From the NCBI GenBank assembly GCA_964036045.1, contig OZ038378.1:15128001-15192000 (forward strand): 64,000 nucleotides of DNA, written 5' to 3'. The position numbers were made by a program, and so were the translations under genes. The stretch is from Eutreptiella sp. 'Long Island Sound 2002'. Taxonomy: Eukaryota; Protista; Euglenida. The notes beneath the pieces were generated by a model. It worked only from the letters and a program-made list of their open reading frames with translations, was not told the DNA's origin and made no database searches. Below are positions 12,936-26,000 of the stretch, piece after piece (positions within the stretch are counted from its first letter, which is position 1; the number at the start of each line of letters is the position of its first letter).

Positions 12936-14806
12936 TTTGGCGTCAAAGAGAACTATCTTGACAATGCGGCATGTAATCAATTGGTGCAAGCATTGAAGGA
13001 CCACCCCTCCATCAGTCACCTCGACGTCAGCCACAACCCCATCTCGTGGAGGGGGGGCATATCTCTCCTCGAACTTGTGGATCATAATCCGTGGATCCAG
13101 CGCGTCGATGTTGAGGGCACCCACATCAAACCAGACGTCATCGGTGTGTTGGCTCGGTGTCCGTTACCCTCCCACCTCGAACCCCTTGTTCCTAACTTCA
13201 CCTGTGCTTGAGCATGTAGGTTGTACTCCAAAAAGTGTATCTGCTTGGAGAGCCTACCAGCAGTCGCAGTTCATATTGGCATATTTTGTGCACCGTTTGT
13301 CTCTCACCAACTCTCTTCCTCTCGATCAAGTCTCTAGATGTCCCTGTACATGACCGCAGAGGAGTGCAACAAACCACAATATTGGGGCTGAGAGATGTGG
13401 GGGCTTCTGTGCGGCGGTACAGGGCAGGGTGTGCTGTGGGTTTTGTCAGCACATTTTCTACTGTTACTGCATCATGTCATGACGAGCTGTTGTGTGCATA
13501 TCAGTAGCAGTTGCACGTTCTTCAAGGACCATAATGTGCAGTGGACCAACAATGCTGCCTTTTTGAAAACAGTCTCAACAATCATCAGAGTCCTGACTCC
13601 ACTTCATCCAATCCCCCACCCATTATCCTCCCCACAGCGCCCCAGACGCTGCAAACACAATGTAAACCAGAGGCCTACGGCTACTTGTTCCTCCTGACCC
13701 AAAACGCGGTGCAGTCGGAGGGCGCCTGCCATTGGGATTGCGTTCCTTCAGCTCCAGTCATCCCTTGGAGGCAGGCTCAAAACATGTCGAACATGGAACC
13801 GGTGAGGGGGGAAAGATGTAGTAGCTTTGCAGGTCACTGCAACTGATAGTCCTGCTTGGGTTGCGCCATTCATATTTTGCCATGGGCGGCGGGTCCTGTT
13901 GCTGGAAACATCGCGCATGACATGCGATGCCCCCACATGCCAAGGGCTGTGTGTCAGTCCCAGACCTCCCTCACCTCGATCTGTCCACAGCGGGTGTACA
14001 TCCGTCGGCATTCAGCGGCCTGCGCCAGGGGCAGTGGAGCACCGTCTGGCACGGCCCTGAAGGGCCCTTTCCAAATCACCCAAAATTGGCACAGGGGGAA
14101 AGCGTCAAGGAGAATGGGAGGGCTTGGTCTAGCAGCAGACCGCCCCGAATACCCCCCCGCCCCAAGAAAGATATGCGATGGCTGCCTGCGTACGTGTGTG
14201 TGTGTGTGTGTGTGTGTGTGTCAAGGCCAACAGTCCACTCATTGCGAGGCCTGCAATATGCGATGTGCAGGCGTGCGGCAGTATGCCTTACGAGCCTTCC
14301 CAAAAGCAGGATGACCTGAATCTATTGCTGGTGGGCTGGGCCCCGCTCCTCCTTCGGCCATGCAAGTGTCGGCCTGGAGCCGGGCAATTTCAAGGCAAAA
14401 GCTTCAAGTACCAAGCAACGAACCCGCAGGAGGGGGTGGAGGCAGAGTTGTTGATGGACCAGGCCATCCCGAGGATCGTTGTGCAACTTCCTTTCGTCGG
14501 GCAGTGCCCGATGTGTTGCCGGGGTCTCGCTCCTCCTGATGCTGAAAATGACCAGCACGATCCAACTGGAGGGCGGGTGGCATTGTTTGGTGGTCGTCAC
14601 CTTAAAGCATCCGCTGCGCTGATTGGGCGCAGGAGGAGGGGCGGGGGAATTTTTACTCAAGACTGCACCGCACCCACCATCACCGATGGCAAAATACGCG
14701 CAGAAGTGCAGGTGTGCAGACCTCATGAGGAGGGCCGCGCAGCACCGGACCTGGCGTCAAGCCAAGGCCTTGCCCCAATGCCAATCCATGACGGAATGCA
14801 GAGGTA
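12936..14806 (+). pseudogene. Degenerate multi-exon gene fragment with a leucine-rich-repeat exon
   Basis: Exon 12936-13143 (cag|TTT ... ATC G|gtgtgt) encodes FGVKENYLDNAACNQLVQALKDHPSISHLDVSHNPISWRGGISLLELVDHNPWIQRVDVEGT, an RNI-like LRR. Further exon-like blocks at about 13637-13801 and about 14300-14806 do not join it cleanly in phase. Confidence 0.5.
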
Positions 14807-15425
14807 ATGTTGTGCTCCCTCCCGCCCTCCCTCCTGCGGTGTCCCTCATTCAACCACACCCTCCCCCCATCCCTTCGTCCGTACCGGCCACACCCCCTTC
14901 AACTCTCCCCCTTCGTTGGCAGCCCGCGCCCCCCCTCCCTCCCGCGCCCCCTCCTGTGGCGAGACTGTTCAGCACGTGCGTAGACAAGGGCAGCGGAACG
15001 CACCCAACCCCTGGGCAGGCGCTACCCCGAGGACGACGTAGTGGCGACGCAGCACACCACCAACGGTGGGCCACAGTACGGCCCAACCAGACGCTGTCGC
15101 ACGGCTGCGCCGCTGAGCCAAAAAATACCAGTCTAAGCAACCCCCCTCCGCCCCCCACCTCTGCGCCCTCCCCAGAATCTCTTTCCCTCTCCACGTCATC
15201 CCCTACCTCTTCCCCGCCTCTGCGCCTCCCATCTATCCATCCCAGCGTGCGGCAGCGGAACCGACTGAGCAAGGAGCCCCACGCCATGTGCCACTCAGTA
15301 ACATTCGCCCCGTCAACACATACAACTCGGCAGGATCTGGGTGCGGGGAAGTGCCAGTGGGACCCAGCCGCGCATGAAAGGCTGCACAGAGGATGACAGC
15401 GCATGCTCTAGGGGGGTGGGGGGGC

Positions 15426-18400
15426 TCATGAGGCCGTGCCAGACCCATCCCCGGGCTCTCCCCCCGCCACGTCGACCATGTTCGCCCCAGCCATGCCCCG
15501 CATCGCCAACGTGCGGATGTACGTCTGGAAGGCCTGCGCTGTCCAGCCAAAACTGCGGCTCGTGGTCCGCGCGGAGGCCATGAAGCCCGCGTTCAGCAGC
15601 CGGAGCTCGATGCCGGACGTGTGGTGGAAGCCCCTGCGGATTGCGGGTGTGGGGCTGAGGTTGCGGGTGGCGGAGGCAGAAGCGGAATGCCCGCGCGTGC
15701 TGGACGGTCAGGAGCAGGAGCCGCTCCCGGACACCCGCAAAAGCAGGAGTGCCTGGTCCACGTGGACGAGTCAATGGAACTTCACCTTTTTCGGCTTTTT
15801 CGGCTTTTTCGGGGGGGTTGTAGGCATCGACCAGCGCCAAGCACGTGAACCCATTGCAGTACAATACAGTATCAATTGATATTTTGATTGCGATTAATTA
15901 TGTCACAATGAGGTCCAGTACCACAAGCTTTGGGACAGAAAAGCCCTTTTATAGCAAGCATCAATGGAGCGGTGTACGTACACTGCAAACATCGCACATG
16001 ACAGCAACGCTAAGTCAGATGGCTGCAAATCGGCTTCAAGCATGCCACTTTTTGTAAAAAAGTTACGACTATCTCTGGGCACCAGCGATCCCTCGGTGTT
16101 TATAGACTTGCCACTGGCAGTGAAGGTCCGCGAATTGGGCAGAAAAACTCCCTCCCATCGGGATGCACCCTTTGCGTCGCCGTATAGACCCCGCTGACTG
16201 GACGTAACTATTGTGCTGAAGTTTGAATTTCACCTTCTTTACCAGCTCGTTATTTGTCAAAAACCAAAATTTTCCTGAGTTGGCTTGTCCTGCTCTATCC
16301 AACCTTTTCGACTCTCGGTGTATACTCCAGACAATCTCTTGACTGCGCCATTGGCGCCTTTTGGCGACCCATTCGGTGCTTTGGGCAAGGTGAGAGGCAA
16401 CCTGGGAGGGGGGGGGCATGGTTGAGTTGGTCCTTGCAATCCAACTCTGCAAGGTACGTACACTGAAAACTATCCAGCCAATAGAACCAATCCGCCACTC
16501 TGTTGACTGAATGTACCAAGAATTTTGCAAAGATTTCTTCAGCTAGCAGGCGCAGGAGTGCTGTGGTGGTTCTCGCAGCAACTTTCAGCTCCCTTTTCGG
16601 TAGGAGGGGTTGGGGGAGGGCGGCGATGGGTCTCCACAGCCATTGAGCCTTCAACAGGCTTTTCGCCTTTCCTATAACATACAAGGTGGCGAGGCGTCAA
16701 TCCGGATTATCGACCCAGCCATTGGCATGTATGGCACTGCGGACTCTCGCAGCCACTGCCTCTGGCGTATCGGTGCACTTGTTGTACCCCTCTTTTTCAA
16801 AAATTCCTCGAGTACCCCCCACATCCAGTGTTTACAAACCCCCCACATGACCCCTACACCCTTGTCTACTACACGGACATATTGTGACTCACATATGTGC
16901 TGCGCTGTCAAGCGGGCGTCACGGAGTGTGGCTCCTGTCTTGCACCGGAGGGAGTGGGGAAGCATACGAAGTATGTATGGCAGCTCCGCAGAGATTTGCT
17001 CTGCCACTGCCGCCAGGTCTTTGATTAACTGAGACCGGACTTTCCCACCAGGAAGGGGCAGGGGATCGTTGGGTCGCGCAAGAGACCCATCTTTCAGGGG
17101 GGGACTTCACTGGGACCAGGACTAGGCGCCCGTTGACTCTAAGCTCTGTACCATCCTGGCCCCCCGCAGATGAACATGTATAGGGGGTTGGGGGGGGGGG
17201 GGTAGGGGAGAGATCGAATGATCGGTTGCACTTATCAAATATACGCTTGATTGTTTGGGGGTTGGACCGTACTACACGCATTGCCTTTAACAATGCCTGC
17301 TTTTCTCATGCAAGGATCTTGCAGTTCTGTACCATTTTACGGACAACCCTGTGGATAGCTACATTTTGGGAGGGGTTGAGATTTGGGACTGTGATGGTTC
17401 CCAGCAGGTAGACGGGAATATATAATCTGGAGGCAAGGTCACGTAACTCTGTTTGCAAAAAACGTACCCGAGGGTAATCGTCTATTTGGCGGGCATCCTT
17501 AATTCCTTGTAGGGCCACCAGGACTCGTTGGTTAAGCCATCCTCTAGATTTCGATCCCTCACCACTGGTGCTTATTCCGGGGCCACGTCGTTGTAGGCCC
17601 ATCGGTGGAAAATCCACCACCAGTGTCGCTCTCTGACACTGGCCAGCCACTCATCTTGAACCCACTGTAGGGGCAAGATGCCCCACCCTGACAGTTTTGA
17701 ATTCTGCATATGCTTGTGTAGGGAGGCACAATCCACATCCGCCAGGCTGTCTATCATATGTCTACGTAACCTACTCACCAGTGCTACTGTAGTGACGCCG
17801 ACATACACGACTTGCAACCAAACACTGTAGACTAGTATACTGCATATTGGGGAGGGGTAACAAACGTCAGCCAATGGTGCACATGGCTCAACCTGCGCGC
17901 CATTGCCAGAGGGGGATGGATATGGAAGGGGAGGTATTGGGTTCGTGCTTGAAGTAGTTTAGCCCACCGTCCCACATTGTTATTCTCCAGCGCTGTCTGC
18001 ATCTGCATGGTGAGTGCTCTGAGGACAAGGGGGGCGTGGGGTATTGGTTCCAATACCAAACAACTATGTCCTACTTCAGTCAACATGAGGTGTATTCGTT
18101 GTATCTGTATTTCATCACACTCTTTGATCGCTTGGGGGGTGGTAAGGAGGTGCCAGGCTTCTGATGCTTGCCACCAACCCAGGGATTGCATGTGGAGTGA
18201 GGTGAGCAGGTTTGGAACCTCAGCTGCTGGGGCCCAAAGCCATAGGAAATGAACTTGGGGAGGTGGGAGAGGCAGGTGGGGATGTATGTCAAACCAGGTT
18301 CCAATACCATGGGGGGGCTTTGGAACTGAGACTGAGATTGAAGGGGGGTACAGGACACCGTTGGCATCGGGACGACTTGGAGGGCACAACTTGACATATT

Positions 18401-21400
18401 ATTGGACCATCGCTTGTCTGCCACTTGACGCTCATGCCTTTGCTCTCTACAGTGGCTTAACACATTAATACGATGCACCGTATTGGTTGCAGTATCCCCT
18501 ATGTGGGTAAGTTATAGATTGTAGTCGTTCTGCAGGTGGATTTTGTCAACACCGTTGGAGGTGGCTTGGAGCACGTGTTTAGCCAACCCCATTTTTTTTG
18601 AAATGTATTGCAAACTCAGCATGTGTGGTATCACTGCATCTTGGAAATGAGGGGGTGGGTTTCTATCATTGTCGCGCTGTACGGTGCACCGTAACGCTGG
18701 ACGAAACCCCCCCTCCTCCTCTACGGGCTTGTTGAAGACCCTGAGTGGTGTCTTGGCCCCTCGCAGGATGGCTACGATGCCACTCCTCTTGTTTTCCCAC
18801 ATGGGACCGCAAGCCAATTGGCTCACTGTAGCACTGAATTCCATCCCCCCGTGTTTGTTCATCCACTGTTGAAGATGAGCATCCATATGTGAGGACCAGA
18901 CATCCATCAATACTGAGGTAGCATCATCTGTCCACGGGTCTTCGGACGCTGGTGGTAGGGATAACCAAGTGAGAGGGGCTGGCGGCAGGAGGGAACCGAA
19001 GGCCGGGGTCCCCGGCGATTGGGGCGCTGACTCCGCGGACACCGACTACCCTAGACCATCAACATTCACCGCAGAATGAGCACTAGACACAGAGGCTGAT
19101 CGACGGGCCACATTGCGTTTTGCTGTTGTAGCTACTGCTCCAACGGCATCCAACTCTGACGCCGTTTTGGAGGTTCCGGTAGACCTAGTCTGAGGCATAT
19201 CAAAGTTGAGGCCTGCAGGCCGAGGCTTGAATCCTGTCGCTTCCATTTTTGAGACATAGGCATCAAAAGTTGCCTGAGGAATGCACTGGCGGGCACGGAC
19301 TTCCGTTTCTGTGAACCGAGACGCTACAAACGCATCGAACCGGTTGAGACACACACACACACACACACACACGTGGTATGTGCATGGTCACATTCAGAAA
19401 TGATTGCAAATTGACACTTGGCGCAAAGAGTCAATTGGACAAAGTGCACTTGGAGTCGCTAGGGAATTGCCGAGTGATACCAGGGGGGGCGGGCGGGCTT
19501 GGATTGGCCTTCCTAGGAGTTCAAGCGACCCACCCACACACCAATTGCTCCATCTAGACCTATCCACCCCAAAAACCCATGGGGGGGGGAGGGGTCACAG
19601 AGCTTGGTCTACATATATACGGCCAACCTTGCCTCTAGACAAAAAAACCCTTATAAAGAATGAAGACCCTCCAGCTGCAGTACGGAGGAGGGACGTCATG
19701 CCACACACAACCCACCCACCCCACCTAGCCGACACCCCCCCCATCCCTAGGGGGCTGGGTTGGTGCCCGCAATACTCTTAAAGGGGAAATCAGACACCCT
19801 GCCCCCCAGTCGGGTATCGACCGGCCACGAAGCGAGGGTGTCGTCCATACGTTCCTCGTGGTGGGCATCACAACAGGAGGCGGGGGTTGCCTGGTGTGGT
19901 CGAAGGTGAAAGCGGCAAAATTTGGCGGTGGCGACAGTCCGCACCCACTTCCACATACTCGACACAAGTCCATAGCGCAGCAAACGCCAAAACCGCATAC
20001 CGCGAAAAACCTGAGTACTTTGCGGACTCGGCGTCCCATCGTTGAGATCGCTGCAGGGTGCTGTACAGAACCGGCAGGTGTGTTGCCCCCTGTTGCCCCC
20101 ATTTCTTCACCTTTGGAAAAACTTGCATGACTCAATGGGGGGGGGGGGGAAAGTGGCCCGACTGATGGTTGTTTTAGCACTCGACTTACAGAGTTCACCA
20201 TGCAGTAGACCGAGGTAGAGGGAAGATTCCAGAGCATATCTGGTGCAGATACGAGCTGTACGGCGAGGGTGGACTGGAGATGGGGCCACTGGGATAACCC
20301 CCTCAACGCCACACCAACTATTCCAAGAGAACACACGCCACATCACAGTCGACCCACAAATGTTTTGGTGCCAATTCTTGTATACACGGCACAATTTGGC
20401 GAGGGGTTTGAACACCAAAACTGCACCACCCGCCCCTCGGGATGCGCTTGAAGGGAAGGGAGGGGAGAGGCACGCCTGTCCCTTCAGGGTGCCGGTCACT
20501 TCCGTTCCATCTCTTTCAACTGCCCCTGACTGACCTTCAACCATTTCATAACCGTTAGCACTTGCAAGACAGCCGCCTTCACAACCGCCAGTGACCGCTT
20601 TTGTTTGAGCTCTGGAAACAACCCTCCAGTGTCTCGCCCCCTCAAGCGGATCCCTGCCCCCCCCCCCCCCCGATGCCAGCTCAGGTTGCGGTCATTTGTG
20701 GGGAGGGAATCAAAGGGATGGGGAGGGGCTGGCAGGCGCGGTCTTGCGGATGCGAGCGGAACGCTTGTCCCACTGCTCATAGTGGCAACTGCTCCCAGCC
20801 CCCCGGCGTGCACTTACGCGCACACAACACCCTAAAAAAGAAGGGCAAGCCAGACCAGCAGAGCGCCACTTTGTCGTGGGTTTGCAACGCCTCCTCGGTT
20901 TTGTGCAGCAGGAGGTCCTCCCGTGCGTTGCTGATCGCTGCCTCGGAGCCCCACTGCTGCAAATCGGCCATGAACACGTCCGCCGGGATCACTTTGTCGG
21001 GCAAGAGGCATTTCAGGATGGGCTTCCAGTACTTTTCTTGCGTGGCGAGCTCCAGCTGCATTGCGATATCCAGGGGCACCCCATAATCGCGTATTTCCTG
21101 TTCGATGGCGCCGGGAGGCCAATATGTGCCGGTGATGATCTTCTGAACTATCTTCTTCCCAATCTCGCGATCCTGTGTCACCAGCGTAGATACGAGGCAG
21201 ACCCCAAGAAACAATGACGATTGCTTTCTTTCAAATGCACCACCTCTCAACTGGCAAATGTATGCAGTTCCCATCGTGTATGGTATGTGTGTGTGTGCGT
21301 GTGTGGGTGTAGGAGTGTGGGTGTGGGTGTGGGTGTGGGTGTGGGTGTGTGTTGGAGTGGGTGTGGGTGTGGGTGACGCCCAAGACAAATTCAGAACATG

Positions 21401-23003
21401 CTCAAACTCCGAGATTCAAACCTACTCTGCTACACAGAGCTCGAAAAGGAGGAATAAAACTGTTTCAGTAATGGGGCTAAACTGCTGCAACAGTCGGCTG
21501 GTTAGCTGCGGGGTTTCCGCATTCTACCTGGTTGGCCACGTAATGCTCGCAGGGGAGCAGCCTTCCTGATCCGGTGCTTTGCAACCTAGGCCAAGATATC
21601 GTGTGGGCCACTAAAGCATAATGCCTCCGAAAGACTGTTGCCGAGACTCCGAAGCTGTGAATCAGTGTGCTCAGGGTCCTGCAAGAATTGTGTGTGTGTG
21701 TGTGTGTGTGCGTGATGAATATGAACACCTTTACTGTGGAATTGTTGCATTTGATTGCAATCTTCTTCCTTTGCCTTTGCACTCTTTGACTCTTCTCTAA
21801 ATTCTGTTTGTCTATCTCTTTGCTTTTAGATCAGTGGGCCTGTTCAACTTCATCTATTTCCGGAATACCTGATTGACAATCAATTGAACCATGCTTTGTG
21901 TGCAACTTGCAATACCAGATGTGAGCACTTAAAGGAGGGTGTGAGAAAGCCAGTTCAAATTGTAACAGAATGTTTGGTAATTCAGTGTCCTGAATTGTAT
22001 TCACTTTTGCTTTGAGCCGCTGAACGCCTATCACGCTACTTTTTGAAGGTTACAGAATGCTTTTCTGTTGAGACTCGACCCTGCTTACATTGCTGCTTTG
22101 TGAGTACGTGCGTGTGCAAAGGCGAATGATTGCAATCACGCTCTGCAAGGTCCATCTCCTGAACCCGACATTAAAGGAAAATACAGCAAGCACGGCAAAC
22201 AACAGCACACATAGGGAGGTGTCAGGAGACAATACTGAGGTCCTCTCTTCGGGCAAACGTAAACACATCCACACACACGATTGACATGGGTCAAATAGGC
22301 AGGCAACACGAAGCACAGCACTACTCGGTCCACAAATCTCGTCAGGCTAAGAGCGCCAGTAGAAGATGGTGCCAAAGAAGTGCATGGGTTGGCTAGGTGC
22401 CTTTCTGTAGCGCAGCGGGCGCGCAGCAGCAGATGCGGGGAGTGACACAGGGCGGTCCACATTTTGTGTCCACCCCCGACAAGTGACAATTTGATTTGCA
22501 CAGGCACAGACTAAGGTCTGAATGAATCCCAGGCCCCCTGGCCTCTCTGCCCCACAGCCGTACCCCGGTCCACTGCCCAAAGAGGCGTCCACACACCCGC
22601 ACGTCAAGTGGACAAACAGAGCAGCAAAGCGGTTGTCTGACTGTATTTTGCCTCTTCAGGCCGCAGAAGTACAAAACAGGGTTTACCACTGGTTTGGAAT
22701 ACTAGTTTTTTTTAGGTTTGGAAATATTTGCAAATTCCTCGTAAATATTGGGAAATATTCAGAATGGTGAAAAAACATTTTTCTGCCCTTCCTAAAGGCT
22801 TACGGATACTTGCTGCCCCTTCCTGGCGCCGTTTGGATGCAGTCATATGTTTGAGGCTTTCTTTGCTTTGATGGTTGTTTCCGATGGTTCGAAAATATTC
22901 GGATTATTTGGGAGTAGCAGCTCTAGCTGTGGTTCAGAAATATTCGGAAATATTCAGAAATAGTGGGAAACCCCGTACAAAAGTGTTGCGCAACTACCCC
23001 CGG

Positions 23004-23034
<31 letters not shown>

Positions 23035-23041
23035 ACACGCA

Positions 23042-23073
<32 letters not shown>

Positions 23074-26000
23074 CACACACAGGCACAGGCACATGGTCGA
23101 AAAAGACTCCATTTCCCATGGCCTACGCCATGGGTCAGTGTGATCATGCTCGGAGTGGACCTCCCTGTGGCAACCCCTGTCCGTGGTTGTTGGTGTGCCT
23201 ACGGCCCTGGTCTACTGATCATTAATGTGTGTGATGGCTTGCCGCTAATAGCCTCTGATTTTCTGCCCTCCCCGCGTGTTTCCCCTTCTATTCGTGCTTG
23301 GAGATTGCCAGTTCCCCCAGTTGTGCAGACCACAAACCTGGCACTCCTGGAGATCCGATCAAGGCATTACAAAGACACAATGAATCTCATTCCCACGGTT
23401 CCTCACTCCCTGAATACCTCTTCCAGCTGCTTGAGCTGCCGCATCTCCAAGTCATACTGTGCCTGATCGTCCATGACTCCCTCCACGAGCACAGCCGTGA
23501 TGTCCGCGTTATGCAGTTCCTCGATGACACTGTCGTAGAAGGGCTGGGAAGCTACATGCTTCATGGGGATGACCACCACCTGTGCATGGGGCGGGGCGGA
23601 CCTTATCAGCTGAAAAGAAGGCTCCTCCGGCTGCCATATAGCCACTGAGCAAATGATAAATGCGACATGGGGCCTCACTCGGCTGGAGGGTGTTTCTGCA
23701 AAGCGTGACGCCATGCTATGTGGCATCAAAATCAGCCAGTGGAAAAATAGGGGGGGTTCACACCTTTAGTGCTTTAGTGGGGTACCCGTACTTTCGAGTA
23801 TGAACTCCTCTGGGCTACCCTGAAGGCACTGTACGTCATGTTTGTCCAATTGCATCCCACTACACCAGGGGGAGATGCGGCAACGACTACATCCCCTTCA
23901 CGGCTTTCCACTTGCTGTACCCCTCTGACGTGGCTAAAAAAACAAGGTCATTGATGAGATCCATCAGAAGGCCGACAAGCACTTCCAAGAGGCCCCCAAG
24001 GCCTTGGCCGAAGCAGGAGATGAAGGAAATGCCGAGGAAGCCGCAGAGGCCACAGAGCGGAGGTCCAAAAAGGCCACGAGTGCCATCAAGCTTCTGAAAA
24101 CGATGAAGCCGTTGGGGGCGCAGGCGCTGAGCAGGGCGTTCCAAAAGGAGACGAATGCGACAACAACCATTGGAAGGGTGGCACCCAGGGAGGGTGCTTT
24201 GACAGGAATATGCACCCGGCATAAAGACCAGCCCCACCAAGAAGCACACAGGAGGGGCGCGTTCCTACCTGACGTAATGTGAACCGCCGATCCGCCCCCA
24301 CCCCCCCGACACCTATGGACACCCTCCCCCCCCAGACCGCATGACGGTCCCCCCAAACATTGGGAGGATTGGTCGCCAAATGATGCACACCTGACCATTC
24401 CACGACAACTCCATTGTGACTGGAGGAAAAATTTTCTTCGGCGCCCTCAGCGCTGCAGACTTTTGGGGCAAGTGGGCAAAGTTTTGCACTGCGTGCGCAC
24501 TGCATGCACATCGCAGCGCAACTCCCCAATGCCACCTCTGTATTATATTCTTGTTGGGCCTCCGTCAAATTGTCCGTCTTGTCCCCGAGCTTGTCCGTCT
24601 TCTGCCCAATATAAAATACAGCACTGTGCAAGCGGCCCTTGTAAGCGCGTGATTATCTACTTGATAATCAAAGAATTGTCTGTGTGTTCGCGAAGGACCA
24701 CGTGGGAGTCCTTAACCCCAACTTGAGGGGCCACGCTGAAGCGTGGGAGTCATTATCCCTAACCGTCATCCAACCCTCACGAGCCCTCACCCATACTGTC
24801 CATACTGTCACAGTACATGATGCAGGGTGAATGCAGGAGCATGATTGGTGTAGGAGTTGGGTAAGACACAAATTCTTGTGTCCATCTCACGTCTTCGCGC
24901 AATTTTTGGGAGTCCTGGTGAAAATTGCTGACTGTTGCGTTGATTCTACTCAATTCTACCCAAATGGCGAGTGGGTGAAAATGGGTACAAAGAGGTGAAA
25001 ATAGGTGAAAATGGATAACAATTTAAATACGCTGTATCCCGAATGGACAAGAAGCCTAAACCCCCCTATTATGGAACAACAAACCTCCGCAAAAGGGCTG
25101 AAACTAGGGTTCGGGTAGTTACCGACATACAAAACTTTGCACTGTGTGCACGGTATTCCCATGCGTGCATTCTTGGTGAACCCTCCCCCTGTCCACAGGG
25201 GCGGGGGGGGGGGGGTAGAAACCTGGTCAATGAAAAAAGGGGGGGGGGGTTGCATGACCCGCATGGCTTCATCTTCCACAGAATCCCCCCCCACCGCCGC
25301 GCCCCACGCGGGTGTACCAGCCCTTTGCCTCAGACCCACGTCAGCCAGGGCAGAAGATCATGTGGTCAAAGGCCTCATCATATTCTTGTGCTTACCCTTG
25401 CCTTCTTCCACTGGTGTTGCATGTCGTTGTTTGGGCATGCAATTTGGAGCAGCTTCTCCAAATGCTCTTCCTTTATCACTGTAATGGTTTGGCAGTTGCA
25501 TTACCGGCTTGTGGCCCACAAATCAGCATTTTTGCACGTCACCTTTTGATCCGGCTGGGCGCATGGCCCTCCAACTGCATAGCAACTTCTGCAGCACTGT
25601 GTGGGTCCTTGATGTTCATGATGCTGGCACGCTTCACGTTTGGCTGTTTGCATGACAGTGCAATTCGGAGAGTGCTCACCACCACCACATTTGACGTGGG
25701 AAATGGAACGCAGGGGCAGGGGGATGCAGGGCCACCGAGTGTTACCCATCGGTGATGTGCAGCATACTCAGGCATTGCCTTTTTGGGGGGGGCGATAAAG
25801 GTGGCTTGGCACTGCGGTCCGTGGGGGGATGGGCAGGGTTATATTTTACGGATTGGAACTCTACAGACCGGGCACCGAGCCCCACGGGGCGCCGGATACC
25901 AGCACCGTGTGGAAACACCAGGGGGGGGGCAGGGGGGGGGGTTCAGTGAGTTCCGGACCCCAAAGCCCACGGCGCATGCAGGGCGGTCCAGAGGGGGGGG

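Noticed and set aside
15436-15879. 147-aa plus-strand ORF with a C-terminal hydrophobic stretch
   Set aside because: Antisense of the last exon of the TraB-like gene, which splices in phase on the minus strand.
19870-20065. Minus-strand presequence-like peptide (DAESAKYSGFSRYAVLAFAALWTCVEYV)
   Set aside because: Needs a frameshift to gain an ATG and has no linked downstream exons. Too weak to call.
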